Under the pieces are notes generated by a model. It did no database searches. It had not been told where the DNA came from and worked only from the letters and a program-made list of their open reading frames with translations. Shown piece by piece: positions 48,961-58,745 of a DNA stretch of 64,000 bases. Within the stretch, counting starts at the first letter, position 1, and every line of letters starts with the position of its first letter. The position numbers and the translations under genes are program-made. Source of the DNA: Asaia bogorensis (lineage in GTDB: Bacteria; Pseudomonadota; Alphaproteobacteria; Reyranellales; Reyranellaceae). The stretch spans positions 10,637 to 74,636 of the forward strand of contig CAMDCE010000010.1 in assembly GCA_945889625.1 (NCBI GenBank), written 5' to 3'.

Positions 48961-49347
48961 CTAGGCTTTGGCCGCAGTCACCTCGATCTCGACCAGCATG
49001 GCGGGGTCGGCGAGGCCCTGAACGATCAGCAGGGTCGAGGCGGTATACGGCGCGGCGAGGTATTTGTCGCGCACCGCGCGGTTGGCCACGATGAAGCGGC
49101 TGTCGGTCAGGAACGAGGTCATCTTGACGATGTCGCCATAGCCCATGTCGGCGGCTTTCAGCACCTCGCCGATATTCTTCCAGACCTGCTCGCACTGCGC
49201 CTCAATACCGTCCGCCAGCTTGCCGTTGCCGTCGAGGCCGACCTGGCCCGATACGAAGAGGACGCGCGCGCCCGGCGGGACCTCGCAACCCAAGGCATAC
49301 TTGCCGGCGAGCGTGACGCTCTTGGGGTTATGGAACTTGTTGGCCAT
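48961..49347 (-). CDS. RidA family protein
   Basis: YALG, LFVSGQVG, QCEQVWKNI, ASTLLIVQGL...LVEIE. Confidence 0.88.
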   Translation of the reverse strand: MANKFHNPKSVTLAGKYALGCEVPPGARVLFVSGQVGLDGNGKLADGIEAQCEQVWKNIGEVLKAADMGYGDIVKMTSFLTDSRFIVANRAVRDKYLAAPYTASTLLIVQGLADPAMLVEIEVTAAKA

Positions 49348-49394
49348 CCTAGGGTCTCCCATGTAAGGAGGCGCACGGTTTCAGGTTGGATGGG

Positions 49395-50813
49395 ATGACG
49401 TCAAGCGCCCAAATCAAGGACAGGACAGTGCACATCGTGGGCGGCGGCCTCGCAGGCGCTGAGGCGGCGTGGCAGCTCGCGTCCTCCGGCGTGGCCGTGG
49501 TGCTGCACGAGATGCGGCCGGTGCGCGGGACGGAGGCTCATCTCACCGACTCGCTCGCCGAACTGGTCTGCTCGAACTCCTTCCGCTCCGACGATGCCCA
49601 GAACAATGCCGTCGGCCTGCTGCACGAGGAGATGCGCCGCGCCGGCTCGCTGATCCTGCGCGCCGCCGACGCCCACAAGCTGCCGGCGGGCGGGGCGCTG
49701 GCCGTCGACCGCCACGGCTTCTCCGCCGCCGTGCAGGAGGCGCTGCTCGGCCATCCGCTGGTCGAGCTCAGGCGCGAGGAGGTGGCCGGCCTGCCGCCCG
49801 ATGACTGGCAGAGCGTCATCATCGCCACCGGCCCTCTCACCTCGCCCGCTCTCGCCGAGGCGATCCGCAAGACGAGCGGCGAGGAGTCTCTGGCCTTCTT
49901 CGATGCGATAGCGCCGATCGTGCATCTCGACAGCATCGATCGCACGGTCGCCTGGAAGCAGTCGCGCTACGACAAGGAAGGTCCCGGCGGCGGAGTTGCC
50001 GACTACTTCAATTGCCCGCTCGACAAGGAGCAGTACGACGCCTTCGTCGCGGACCTGCTCTCCGGCGACAAGACCGAGTTCAAGGAGTGGGAACACAACA
50101 CGCCCTACTTCCAGGGCTGCCAGCCGATCGAGGTGATCGCCGCCAGCGGACCGCAGAGCCTGCGCTTCGGGCCGATGAAGCCCGTGGGCCTGCGCGACCC
50201 GCGCACCGGTACGCGGCCGTGGGCGGTGGTGCAGCTGCGCCAGGACAATGCCCTGGGCACGCTGTGGAACATCGTGGGCTTCCAGACCAAGCTGAAGCAC
50301 GCCGAGCAAGTGCGCCTGTTCCGCACCATCCCGGGCCTGGAGAAGGCCGAGTTCGCGCGCCTGGGCGGGCTTCATCGCAACACCTTCCTCAACAGTCCGA
50401 GCCTGCTCGATCCCACCTTGCGGCTGAAAACCATGCCGAGGATTCGCTTCGCCGGGCAGATCACCGGTTGCGAGGGCTATGTCGAAAGCGCCGCCGTCGG
50501 CCTGATGACCGGCCGCTTCACCGCCGCCGAGCAGCACGGAATGGCGCCCAGCCCGCCGCCGCTGACCACGGCGATGGGCGCGCTGCTCGGCCACATCACC
50601 GGCGGCGCCGACGCGGCGACCTTCCAGCCGATGAACGTCAACTTCGGCCTGTTCCCGCCGATTGACGGGACGTTCCGCGGCAAGGAACGCAAGCAGGCGC
50701 TCAGCGCGCGGGCGTTACGCGATTTCGACGCCTGGCTCGGCGGTTCTTGTCATCCTGAGCGCAGCGAAGGATCTCATCGAACGATCGAAGGGCAACTTGT
50801 GGGACTGGCGTGA
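49395..50813 (+). CDS. trmFO: tRNA (uracil-54)-methyltransferase TrmFO, C-terminus extended into a REP
   Basis: [57 protein letters not shown]. Confidence 0.96.
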   Translation: MTSSAQIKDRTVHIVGGGLAGAEAAWQLASSGVAVVLHEMRPVRGTEAHLTDSLAELVCSNSFRSDDAQNNAVGLLHEEMRRAGSLILRAADAHKLPAGGALAVDRHGFSAAVQEALLGHPLVELRREEVAGLPPDDWQSVIIATGPLTSPALAEAIRKTSGEESLAFFDAIAPIVHLDSIDRTVAWKQSRYDKEGPGGGVADYFNCPLDKEQYDAFVADLLSGDKTEFKEWEHNTPYFQGCQPIEVIAASGPQSLRFGPMKPVGLRDPRTGTRPWAVVQLRQDNALGTLWNIVGFQTKLKHAEQVRLFRTIPGLEKAEFARLGGLHRNTFLNSPSLLDPTLRLKTMPRIRFAGQITGCEGYVESAAVGLMTGRFTAAEQHGMAPSPPPLTTAMGALLGHITGGADAATFQPMNVNFGLFPPIDGTFRGKERKQALSARALRDFDAWLGGSCHPERSEGSHRTIEGQLVGLA

Positions 50814-50839
50814 GGTCCTTCGCTGCGCTCAGGACGACA
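50748..50839. repeat. REP-like inverted repeat (copy C) overlapping the trmFO 3' end
   Basis: TGTCATCCTGAGCGCAGCGAAGGATCTCA / TGAGGTCCTTCGCTGCGCTCAGGACGACA. Confidence 0.88.
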
Positions 50840-50904
50840 GTGGGCTGATGGTCCCATGAGATAAGCTTGCGCGCAGCCAGCCGGACGCGTGCTACCTAAC
50901 CCCC

Positions 50905-52254
50905 ATGACTCCCGCCGAACGCCGGCAGATGATGCTGAGCGGGCCGATCGTGGCCACCATCCTGACCTTGGCCGCCCCCAATGTGCTGAACGTGGCGATG
51001 CAAAGCCTGGTCAGCATCGCCGACGGCTGGTTCGTCGGCCAGCTCGGCACGGTGGAACTCGCGGCGCTGGCGCTGGTCTTCCCGACGCAGATGGCGCTGG
51101 GCCAGATGTCGGCCGGCGCCATGGGCGGCGGCATCTCCTCCTCGGTGGCGCGCGCGCTGGGTTCGGGCAACCGCGCGGCGGCTGAAGCGGCGGCGGCCCA
51201 TGCGCTGGCCATCGCCCTCGGCATGGCGGTCCTGTTCGCCATCGTGTTCGTGGGCTTCGGCCGCCGGATCTACGGCGCGCTGGGCGGTAGCGGCCGCGCG
51301 CTCGATGGCGCGGAGGCCTTCGCCACGATCCTGTTCTGCGGCTGCGTCGCGCACTGGGTGGCCAATTCGATGGCCTCGGTGCTGCGCGGCACCGGCGACA
51401 TGAAGACTCCCGGCTATGCGCTGGTCGTCACCGCCCTCCTGCAGATCCCGCTGACCGGCGCACTGACCCTGGGCTGGTTCGGCCTGCCCCAGCTCGGCAT
51501 CCGCGGACCGGCGGCCGCGGCGGTGATCTGCTTTGCGCTGGCCGCGGTCTGGATGGCGTCGCGGCTCATGGGACCCAACGCGGCACTCCGACTCCACTGG
51601 CCGAAGGGTGGTTTTCGCTGGGCCTCGTTCCGCGACATCCTCAAGGTCGGGCTGATCGCCTGCCTCGTGGTGATCCTGACCAATGGCACGGTGCTGCTAA
51701 TCACCGGCCTGGTCGGCCGCGCCGGCGACGCCGCGATCGCGGGCTACGGTATCGGCAGCCGGCTGGAATACATGCTGGTGCCGATCAGCTTCGGCATCGG
51801 CGCCACCCTGACGGCGCTGGTCGGCACCAACATCGGCGCCAGGCAACATGCCCGCGCCCAGCGCCTGGCCTGGGTCGGCGCGCTGATGGCCGGCGGCATC
51901 GCCGCGGCCATCGGCATCGTGGTCGCGATCTGGCCCGACCTGTGGCTGGGCCTCTTCACACAAGATCCCGGCGCGCTCGCCTCGGGCCGCACTTACTTGA
52001 ACATCGTCGGTCCCGTGTACGGCTTCTTCGGTCTGGCCATGGCGCTCTACTTCGCCTCGCAGGGCACCGGCGAGATGATGTGGCCGGTGGCGGCCAACGT
52101 GAGCCGCATCGTCATCGCCGTGTGCGGCAGCCTGTTCGCACTTGATGTCATGGGCTGGGGCACGCCCGGGCTGTTCACTTTCGTGGCCTTGGGCATCGTA
52201 TCGTTCTCGGCTGTGCTAGCCTTCTCGACGACGCGGCCGGCCTGGCGCGGCTGA
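50905..52254 (+). CDS. MATE family efflux transporter
   Basis: LAAPN, ADGWFVGQLG, LRGTGD, VGTNIGA; about 12 TM helices. Confidence 0.9.
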   Translation: MTPAERRQMMLSGPIVATILTLAAPNVLNVAMQSLVSIADGWFVGQLGTVELAALALVFPTQMALGQMSAGAMGGGISSSVARALGSGNRAAAEAAAAHALAIALGMAVLFAIVFVGFGRRIYGALGGSGRALDGAEAFATILFCGCVAHWVANSMASVLRGTGDMKTPGYALVVTALLQIPLTGALTLGWFGLPQLGIRGPAAAAVICFALAAVWMASRLMGPNAALRLHWPKGGFRWASFRDILKVGLIACLVVILTNGTVLLITGLVGRAGDAAIAGYGIGSRLEYMLVPISFGIGATLTALVGTNIGARQHARAQRLAWVGALMAGGIAAAIGIVVAIWPDLWLGLFTQDPGALASGRTYLNIVGPVYGFFGLAMALYFASQGTGEMMWPVAANVSRIVIAVCGSLFALDVMGWGTPGLFTFVALGIVSFSAVLAFSTTRPAWRG

Positions 52255-52270
52255 CAACAGGAGATTGACG

Positions 52271-53404
52271 ATGAGCGACACGGCACTGGAGCTTCGCTCC
52301 CTGATCAAGAAGAGCGGCGACCTCGAACTGTCGCTGGCCAAGGTCGCCATTCCCGAGCCGGGGCCCGACCAGGTCGTGGTCAAGGTCGAGGCGACGCCGA
52401 TCAATCCGTCGGACCTGGGCTTGCTCCTCGGTCCCGCCGACGCGGCGACCTTCAAGTCCTCCGGCAGCGGCGATAGCACCGTGGTGACGGCCAAGGTGCC
52501 GCAGGCGGCGCTGCCCATGCTCGCAGCACGGCTCGACAAGGCGATGCCGGTCGGCAACGAGGGCGCGGGCACGGTGGTCAAGGCCGGTTCCTCGGAGGCG
52601 GCACAGGCGCTCAAGGGCAAGACGGTGTCGATGGTCGGCGGCGCGATGTACACGCAGTACCGCCTGCTGAAGGCCAGCGACTGCCAGCCGTTGCCGGCCG
52701 GCACCAGCGCGGCCGAGGGCGCCTCGTGGTTCGTCAATCCGCTGACCGCACTGGGCATGACCGAAACCATGAAGCGCGAGGGCCACAAGGCCTTGGTCCA
52801 CACTGCGGCGGCCTCGAACCTCGGCCAGATGCTGAACAAGATCTGCCTCAAGGACGGCATCGGCCTGGTCAACATCGTGCGCAGTGCCGAGCAGACCAAG
52901 CTCCTCAAGGGCATCGGCGCCAAGCACGTGGTCGACTCGACCGCGCCGACCTTCACCGACGACCTCACCCAGGCGCTGGTCGAGACCGGCGCCACCATCG
53001 CTTTCGACGCCATCGGCGGCGGCAAGCTCGCGAGCCAGATCCTCACCGCCATGGAAGTCGCGATCAACAAGAGCGCCAAGGAGTACAGCCGCTACGGCTC
53101 CTCCGTGCACAAGCAGGTCTATCTCTACGGCAGCCTCAACACCGGGCCTGTCGAGCTGACACGCAACTACGGCATGATGTGGGGCGTCGGCGGCTGGCTG
53201 CTGACGCCGTTCCTCCAGAAGATCGGCCGGCCCGGCCAGGCGCCGCTGCGCGAGCGCGTGGTCGCCGAGCTCAAGACCACCTTCGCCAGCCACTACACCA
53301 AGGTGGTGTCGCTGCCCGAGGCGCTGCAGCTTCCGAACATCGCCGCCTACGGCAAGCGCGCGACGGGCGAGAAGTTCCTGATCAATCCGAACAAGGGGGC
53401 CTGA
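52271..53404 (+). CDS. MDR-superfamily (Zn-independent) NADH oxidoreductase
   Basis: EATPINPSDLG, PVGNEGAG, FVNPLTA, HTAAASNLGQM, ATGEKFLINP. Confidence 0.88.
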   Translation: MSDTALELRSLIKKSGDLELSLAKVAIPEPGPDQVVVKVEATPINPSDLGLLLGPADAATFKSSGSGDSTVVTAKVPQAALPMLAARLDKAMPVGNEGAGTVVKAGSSEAAQALKGKTVSMVGGAMYTQYRLLKASDCQPLPAGTSAAEGASWFVNPLTALGMTETMKREGHKALVHTAAASNLGQMLNKICLKDGIGLVNIVRSAEQTKLLKGIGAKHVVDSTAPTFTDDLTQALVETGATIAFDAIGGGKLASQILTAMEVAINKSAKEYSRYGSSVHKQVYLYGSLNTGPVELTRNYGMMWGVGGWLLTPFLQKIGRPGQAPLRERVVAELKTTFASHYTKVVSLPEALQLPNIAAYGKRATGEKFLINPNKGA

Positions 53405-53409
53405 CCCCC

Positions 53410-54777
53410 TCAACCATCGCGCATGTTGGCGGCCAGTCTGGAGAGCGGGCGAACATCCTCGAGCGCTTCCAGACGATCCACCGCATCCATCAGCCGCGCG
53501 GCCGTGTCGACGGGCATCTCCGTGGCCGAGAAGTCCAGACAGCGGTGGAATTTGGCGAGATGCTGACTCGGTGTCAGGGGACGGGCCGGGTTTGCCAGCA
53601 TTGTCTCACAGGACCAGTTGAGTTCCCTGCCGCTCTTGAGAGTTACGACGACACTTTGCGGCGCCAGGGCGTTCGCGTCGGGGTTGGAATCGGGGCGTGT
53701 CTCGACACGAGCCGCCAATCGATGGGTTTCAGAATCCGTGAGCGCATCGCCGCGAAAATCGGCCAGATCGAGCGCTCCATTCCTGAGAACCTTCGCGACG
53801 GCATAGGCCATGCACAGCCGCGCGTATGACGCGCCGGAACTGGGAAGCAGCGGCCGGCCAACCAGGCGCACGATCAAGGGCGGAGCATTGACCTCGATAT
53901 GCCCGACATCCACGGCCTTGAAGCCATGCTGCGTTTGAAGCGACATGACGCCTTCGATACCGCCATGGGTGGCGCGACCCGCAGGAAATGGCTTGTGACT
54001 GAATTCCGCAATTCGCCACTCGCGGCCAAGACTCTCCAGGATCGGCTCGAGGGCAAAGTCACCCTCGAACAAGCTCAGGTATCCATACGGCCCCTCGAAC
54101 ACCGAAGCTGCCGGGCTGAAACCAAGCGTTGCCAGCTCGCAGGATTGCACGGCCGCGCGAGCGTTGAATGCAAGCTGCGCGGGCAACATCGGGCTGCCCT
54201 CCGCATGCGCCTGCATCGTGCCGCTGGCCTGCGCCAACTGCCAGGCAAACGCCGCTTCGAGCGTCGGCTTGTCCAGACCCAGCACGCGCGCGGCCGCCGC
54301 CACGGCGCCGAACCCTCCGGCCGTGCCGGGGCGAAAAAAGCGAAATCCGGCGCGGCTGGCCATGCCCAGCCCCGCAGCGACGTCCACACCGACAGCGATC
54401 GCCGCGATCAGCTCGGCGCCACTCACGCCGCCGCGCATTTCGGCTGCCGCCAACGCCGCGGGCAGAGCCGTCGCCATGGCGTGCACGACCGCGCCCTCAT
54501 GAAGGCAGTCGAACTCCTGATTATGCATCTGCCAGGCATTGATGAAGGCGGCAGCCGGCGCCGACAAGCGCACGGCGCGGCCCCACGCAGGCACCAGCGG
54601 GTCGCCCCACCCCGAGGCAACGCGCAGAAGCCCCGCCCCGCCTTCGACCGATGAGCCGGCAATGCCGACACCAAGACTATCCAGAACGAATACCTTGACG
54701 CTCTGAACCGCTGCCGCCGGCAGATCGGTGAATTGCGTGCCAAGCGCATGTGCAGCGAAGCGTGCGGCAGCAGTCAT
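53410..54777 (-). CDS. MmgE/PrpD family protein
   Basis: VLDSLGVGIAG, HNQEFDCLH..AVVH, HKPFPAGRATH; start ATG 54777. Confidence 0.88.
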   Translation of the reverse strand: MTAAARFAAHALGTQFTDLPAAAVQSVKVFVLDSLGVGIAGSSVEGGAGLLRVASGWGDPLVPAWGRAVRLSAPAAAFINAWQMHNQEFDCLHEGAVVHAMATALPAALAAAEMRGGVSGAELIAAIAVGVDVAAGLGMASRAGFRFFRPGTAGGFGAVAAAARVLGLDKPTLEAAFAWQLAQASGTMQAHAEGSPMLPAQLAFNARAAVQSCELATLGFSPAASVFEGPYGYLSLFEGDFALEPILESLGREWRIAEFSHKPFPAGRATHGGIEGVMSLQTQHGFKAVDVGHIEVNAPPLIVRLVGRPLLPSSGASYARLCMAYAVAKVLRNGALDLADFRGDALTDSETHRLAARVETRPDSNPDANALAPQSVVVTLKSGRELNWSCETMLANPARPLTPSQHLAKFHRCLDFSATEMPVDTAARLMDAVDRLEALEDVRPLSRLAANMRDG

Positions 54778-54815
54778 GCCTAAGGACCTCATTCCGCCGG
54801 GCCTGGCGAAGCCGC

Positions 54816-55319
54816 CTATTCCATATTGGGCTTTTCGCCCCGGACCATGTCGAGATGGATCGTTTTTCCGCCTGAGTAGTACAAGGAGATGACCCGAGCG
54901 CCGAGATAGGCCGCAAGAAACGCCGCTGCTGCGCCAAGAACGCCGAATTTGCCCGACGGGCGCGACATCAGATCGGAGGTTATTACTCGAGCCACTGCCA
55001 ACAGCAGAAGCAGCGCCGCCGCGCCTACGCCGTCCCAGGTGCGGCGCACGCGCATCAGATTGCGTTCGAAATCCCTGTTGACCTTCACTATCCCCCCCGC
55101 GCCCAGACCCAGCGCAAGGCCTGCCACGATAGCCACGGCCCACAGTTCGAAGCGCTTGCCCGGCGACACGAACAGCAACAGCCCCGCCACGACGATCGCC
55201 AGCGTGGGCGCCATCGCCCATTCGAAGCGGGCGACAGCCTTTTCGCTGAGCTCATGGCGCATCGACCACAGGGTGACGGCAGCCAGCAGCACGGCCGCGA
55301 GGTGGAGGAGCATCTTCAT
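54816..55319 (-). CDS. small membrane protein (DUF1453/CcdC-like)
   Basis: 4-5 hydrophobic segments; family call tentative. Confidence 0.6.
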   Translation of the reverse strand: MKMLLHLAAVLLAAVTLWSMRHELSEKAVARFEWAMAPTLAIVVAGLLLFVSPGKRFELWAVAIVAGLALGLGAGGIVKVNRDFERNLMRVRRTWDGVGAAALLLLLAVARVITSDLMSRPSGKFGVLGAAAAFLAAYLGARVISLYYSGGKTIHLDMVRGEKPNME

Positions 55320-55502
55320 TGGGCCTGATCTTCCGTTCTCACGGGTTCCGCTGCAACGGAATTCAGCGATGACCCTCACCTCTTCGAGCAGCGAAAGACC
55401 GGGAAAGGTCAGCCCGCGCCATCCCTTGCCATAAGGCGTGGGCGCTGGTCTTCTTCGCCATTGGCGAAGGTCCAGCGCTCTCAGCAAGGGAAAGCATACA
55501 CA

Positions 55503-57134
55503 ATGCTTGACGACTCCACCTATGACTACATCGTCGTCGGTGCGGGGTCGGCGGGGGCCGTGGTCGCAAGCCGGCTGACCGAGAGCGGCGCGTACCGCGT
55601 GCTGCTGCTGGAAGCGGGAACCCAAGGCTCGAACTTTTTCTGGTCGCGTGTGCCGGTCGGCGTCGCCAAGATGATCGACGATCCGGCCGTCAACTGGTGC
55701 TACTCGTCGGAGCCGGACGAGGGCTCGGGCGGGCGGCGCATCGAGGTTCCGCGCGGCAAGATGCTGGGCGGCTCGAGCTCAATCAACGGCATGGTCTTCA
55801 TCCGCGGTCAGGCCCAGGACTATGATCACTGGGCGCAGCTCGGCAACCGCGGCTGGAGCTACCAGGACGTACTTCCGATCTTCAAGCGGATGGAACGTTT
55901 CGACGGCGGCTCGGACGAGTTTCGCGGCCGCGACGGCGTGCTGCGCGTCACCCACACGCCGCGCCACAAGGTGCCGCTCCTGGAGAAGATGATCGCGGCG
56001 GCGGAACAAATCGGGCTGCCCTTCAACCCCGACCAGAATGGTGCCACGCAGGAAGGCATCGGCATGTCGCAGGTGACGATCGCCAAGGGTCGCCGCCAGA
56101 GCACGGCCTACTGCTATCTCGACCCGGCCCGCTCGCGGCCGAACCTCGTGATCGACCGTGGCGCGATGGCCGGAACGCTGATCCTGGAAGGCAAGCGGTG
56201 CGTCGGCGTTCGCTATTCCGTCGGCGGCGTACAGCGCCATGCCAGGGCCGGCCGCGAAGTCATCGTCTCGGGCGGCTCGATCAACTCGCCGAAGCTTCTC
56301 GAGCTTTCCGGCATCGGCCAGGCCGACCGGCTGCGCTCGCTCGGCATCACGCCGGTGCACGAGCTGCGCGGCGTCGGCGAGAACCTGCGCGACCACTACT
56401 CGCCCCGCGTGAAGTTCGCCATCAAGGAGAAGAACCTCACCTTCAACGACAACGCCCGCGGCTGGCGGCTGGCGCGTGAGGCGCTGAAGTACGCGCTGCT
56501 TCGCCAAGGGTTCCTGGCCTCGACATCGGTGCCGATCCGCATGTACTTCCGCACCCGCGTAGGGCTCGAGACGCCGGATGCGACGGTTTCGATCGCGCCC
56601 TTCCTGTACGAGATGGTCGGCCACGAGCGGCGCGTCTCGAAGCAGAAGGGCATCACCATGAACGTGAACGTGCTGCGCTCCGAAAGCACGGGCTCGATCC
56701 ACATCAAGTCTTCCGATCCTGCCGAGTCGCCGGCGATCCGCTTCAATTTCCTGTCGACCGAGCACGATCGGTCCGGCGTGCTGGCCGCCATCCGCAAGGG
56801 GCGCGAGCTGATGGCGACGTCACCGCTGAAAGAGGTCACGGGAGAGGAAATCGCGCCGGGCGCACACCTGCAGAAGGACGACGAGCTGCTCGATTGGGTG
56901 AGAAAGAACGCCGAGACGACCTACCATCCGATCGGCACCTGCAAGATGGGCGCGGATGACCTGGCCGTGGTCGATTCCGAGCTGCGCGTCCGCGGCATCC
57001 AGGGCCTGCGCGTCGCGGACGCCTCGATCATGCCGACACTGACCAGCGGCAACACCAATGCGCCGACCATCATGATCGGCGAGAAGTGCGCCGAACTGGT
57101 GCTGGCTGCCGCGACGAAGCGCCAGGCGGCGTAG
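55503..57134 (+). CDS. GMC family oxidoreductase (choline dehydrogenase-like)
   Basis: YDYIVVGAGSAG, PRGKMLGGSSSINGM, VGENLRDH, YHPIGTC, GNTNAPTIMIGEK. Confidence 0.93.
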   Translation: MLDDSTYDYIVVGAGSAGAVVASRLTESGAYRVLLLEAGTQGSNFFWSRVPVGVAKMIDDPAVNWCYSSEPDEGSGGRRIEVPRGKMLGGSSSINGMVFIRGQAQDYDHWAQLGNRGWSYQDVLPIFKRMERFDGGSDEFRGRDGVLRVTHTPRHKVPLLEKMIAAAEQIGLPFNPDQNGATQEGIGMSQVTIAKGRRQSTAYCYLDPARSRPNLVIDRGAMAGTLILEGKRCVGVRYSVGGVQRHARAGREVIVSGGSINSPKLLELSGIGQADRLRSLGITPVHELRGVGENLRDHYSPRVKFAIKEKNLTFNDNARGWRLAREALKYALLRQGFLASTSVPIRMYFRTRVGLETPDATVSIAPFLYEMVGHERRVSKQKGITMNVNVLRSESTGSIHIKSSDPAESPAIRFNFLSTEHDRSGVLAAIRKGRELMATSPLKEVTGEEIAPGAHLQKDDELLDWVRKNAETTYHPIGTCKMGADDLAVVDSELRVRGIQGLRVADASIMPTLTSGNTNAPTIMIGEKCAELVLAAATKRQAA

Positions 57135-57149
57135 CATGCATGGTCGCCA

Positions 57150-57926
57150 TCAGCGGTTCCGCCTTTCACTTCGCAACGTCGGCAAGCCGACGCCGACGGC
57201 GTCGAAGCCTCCGTCCACCGCCAGCTCCTGTCCGGTGATGTAGGCGGCCTGTTCGCTGCACAGGAAACAGATCGCATTGGCCAGCTCCGACTCCAGGCCA
57301 TAGCGGTCGAGCGGGATATGGTCGTGGTAGTCGGCGCGGATTGCCGGGGTGTGCACCGCCTTGGCCATGGCGGTATCGACCGGCCCCGGCGCCACCGCAT
57401 TGACACGGATGCCGTACTGGGCGAGTTCGGCCGCCTGCTGCTTGGTCAGATGCGCCAGCCCCGCCTTGCTGGTCCCGTAGGCGACGCGCAGCGTCGAGGC
57501 CCGCAGGCCCGAGATCGAGGTGATGTTGACGATGGCGCCGCCGCCCTGGTCACGCATGATCGGCGCCACCGCCTGGGTCATCAGGAAGGCACCGGTAAGA
57601 TTGACCGCGAGCACGCGCTGCCAATCCTCCAGCGTCACCTCGAGCATCGGCTTGAACAGCGCGATACCGGCATTGTTGACCAGCGCATCGATGCGGCCGA
57701 ACTGCCGCTGCGCCTGCTGCACGGCGGCCTGAACCGCCGCCGGGTCGGAGACATCGGCCTCGAGCGCCAGGGTGGCATCCGCGCGGTCCAGGGCATTCAC
57801 TGCCGAGCGCAGCGTGTCGCCCAGGATATCCAGCATCGCCACCTGCCAGCCGTCGGCCAGGAAGCGGGTCGCCGCCGCGAGCCCGATGCCGCGCGCCGCG
57901 CCGGTGACGAGGGCGACCTTTTTCAC
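57150..57926 (-). CDS. short-chain dehydrogenase/reductase
   Basis: VTGAARGIG, NNAG, YGTSK, NAVAPG; GTG start. Confidence 0.9.
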   Translation of the reverse strand: MKKVALVTGAARGIGLAAATRFLADGWQVAMLDILGDTLRSAVNALDRADATLALEADVSDPAAVQAAVQQAQRQFGRIDALVNNAGIALFKPMLEVTLEDWQRVLAVNLTGAFLMTQAVAPIMRDQGGGAIVNITSISGLRASTLRVAYGTSKAGLAHLTKQQAAELAQYGIRVNAVAPGPVDTAMAKAVHTPAIRADYHDHIPLDRYGLESELANAICFLCSEQAAYITGQELAVDGGFDAVGVGLPTLRSERRNR

Positions 57927-57928
57927 CG

Positions 57929-58717
57929 CTATCGCCCGCGGAAGCTGGGTTTGCGGCGCGCTCTCCAGGCCTCGTGCGCCTCGGCCTTGTCCTCGCTCAT
58001 CTCGAGCACCATGAACCGGTAGGAATCGACCAGCGAGGCGTCGGCGATGTTGGGGATGTCCTGGCCGCGGTTCATCGACTCCTTGACCATGCGCACGGCG
58101 AGCGGCGGGAGTCCCGCGATGTGGTCGGCGATCGCCAGCGCCTGCTTCATCAGCTGATCGTGCGGCACCAGCCACTGGGCGAGCCCGATGCGATGGGCCT
58201 CGTCGGCCTTGAGCGGGAAGCCCATGGCCACCCGCATCGCCGATCCCTTGCCGATAATCCGGGCGAGCCGCGTCGCGCCGCCGTAATTCGGCAGGATGCC
58301 GAGCGCCACCTGCGGCAATCGCCACTCCGCCCGCTCCGACGCCACGATCAGGTCGCAGCAGAAGGTAATGATGCAGCCGATGCCGATGGCATAGCCGTTG
58401 ACGGCCGCGATCACCGGCTTGGGGAAGTCGCTCACCAGGTTGGAGGGGAAATTGCGCGCGCGGCCCACCCGCTTGATGAAGGCCTCGGCCGAGCGGGTGT
58501 TGTGGGTGTTGGGATCGCGGAGATTGGCGCCGGCGGAGAAGGCGCCGCCGGCCTCGTCGCCGGTCAGGATGACGGAGCGCACCTCGTCGTCATCGGCCGC
58601 CGCGTCGAGGTGACGGATCAGCCCGTCGGCATAGTCCTGCCCCCAGCAGTTGCGGGCGTCCGGACGGCTGAGCGTCAGGATGCCGGTATGGCCCTGCTTT
58701 TTGTAGAGAAGCGGCAT
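57929..58717 (-). CDS. enoyl-CoA hydratase/isomerase family protein
   Basis: LSRPDARN, FSAGANL, KPVIAAVNGYAIG, PQVALGILP. Confidence 0.9.
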   Translation of the reverse strand: MPLLYKKQGHTGILTLSRPDARNCWGQDYADGLIRHLDAAADDDEVRSVILTGDEAGGAFSAGANLRDPNTHNTRSAEAFIKRVGRARNFPSNLVSDFPKPVIAAVNGYAIGIGCIITFCCDLIVASERAEWRLPQVALGILPNYGGATRLARIIGKGSAMRVAMGFPLKADEAHRIGLAQWLVPHDQLMKQALAIADHIAGLPPLAVRMVKESMNRGQDIPNIADASLVDSYRFMVLEMSEDKAEAHEAWRARRKPSFRGR

Positions 58718-58745
58718 AGGTTCCTCCTCGCCTGGTGGCTCGGCT

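Noticed and set aside
54780-54794. CTAAGGACCTCATT, resembling one end of another small repeat
   Set aside because: Single half-site with no partner in the window; also explained as the RBS region of the PrpD-family gene
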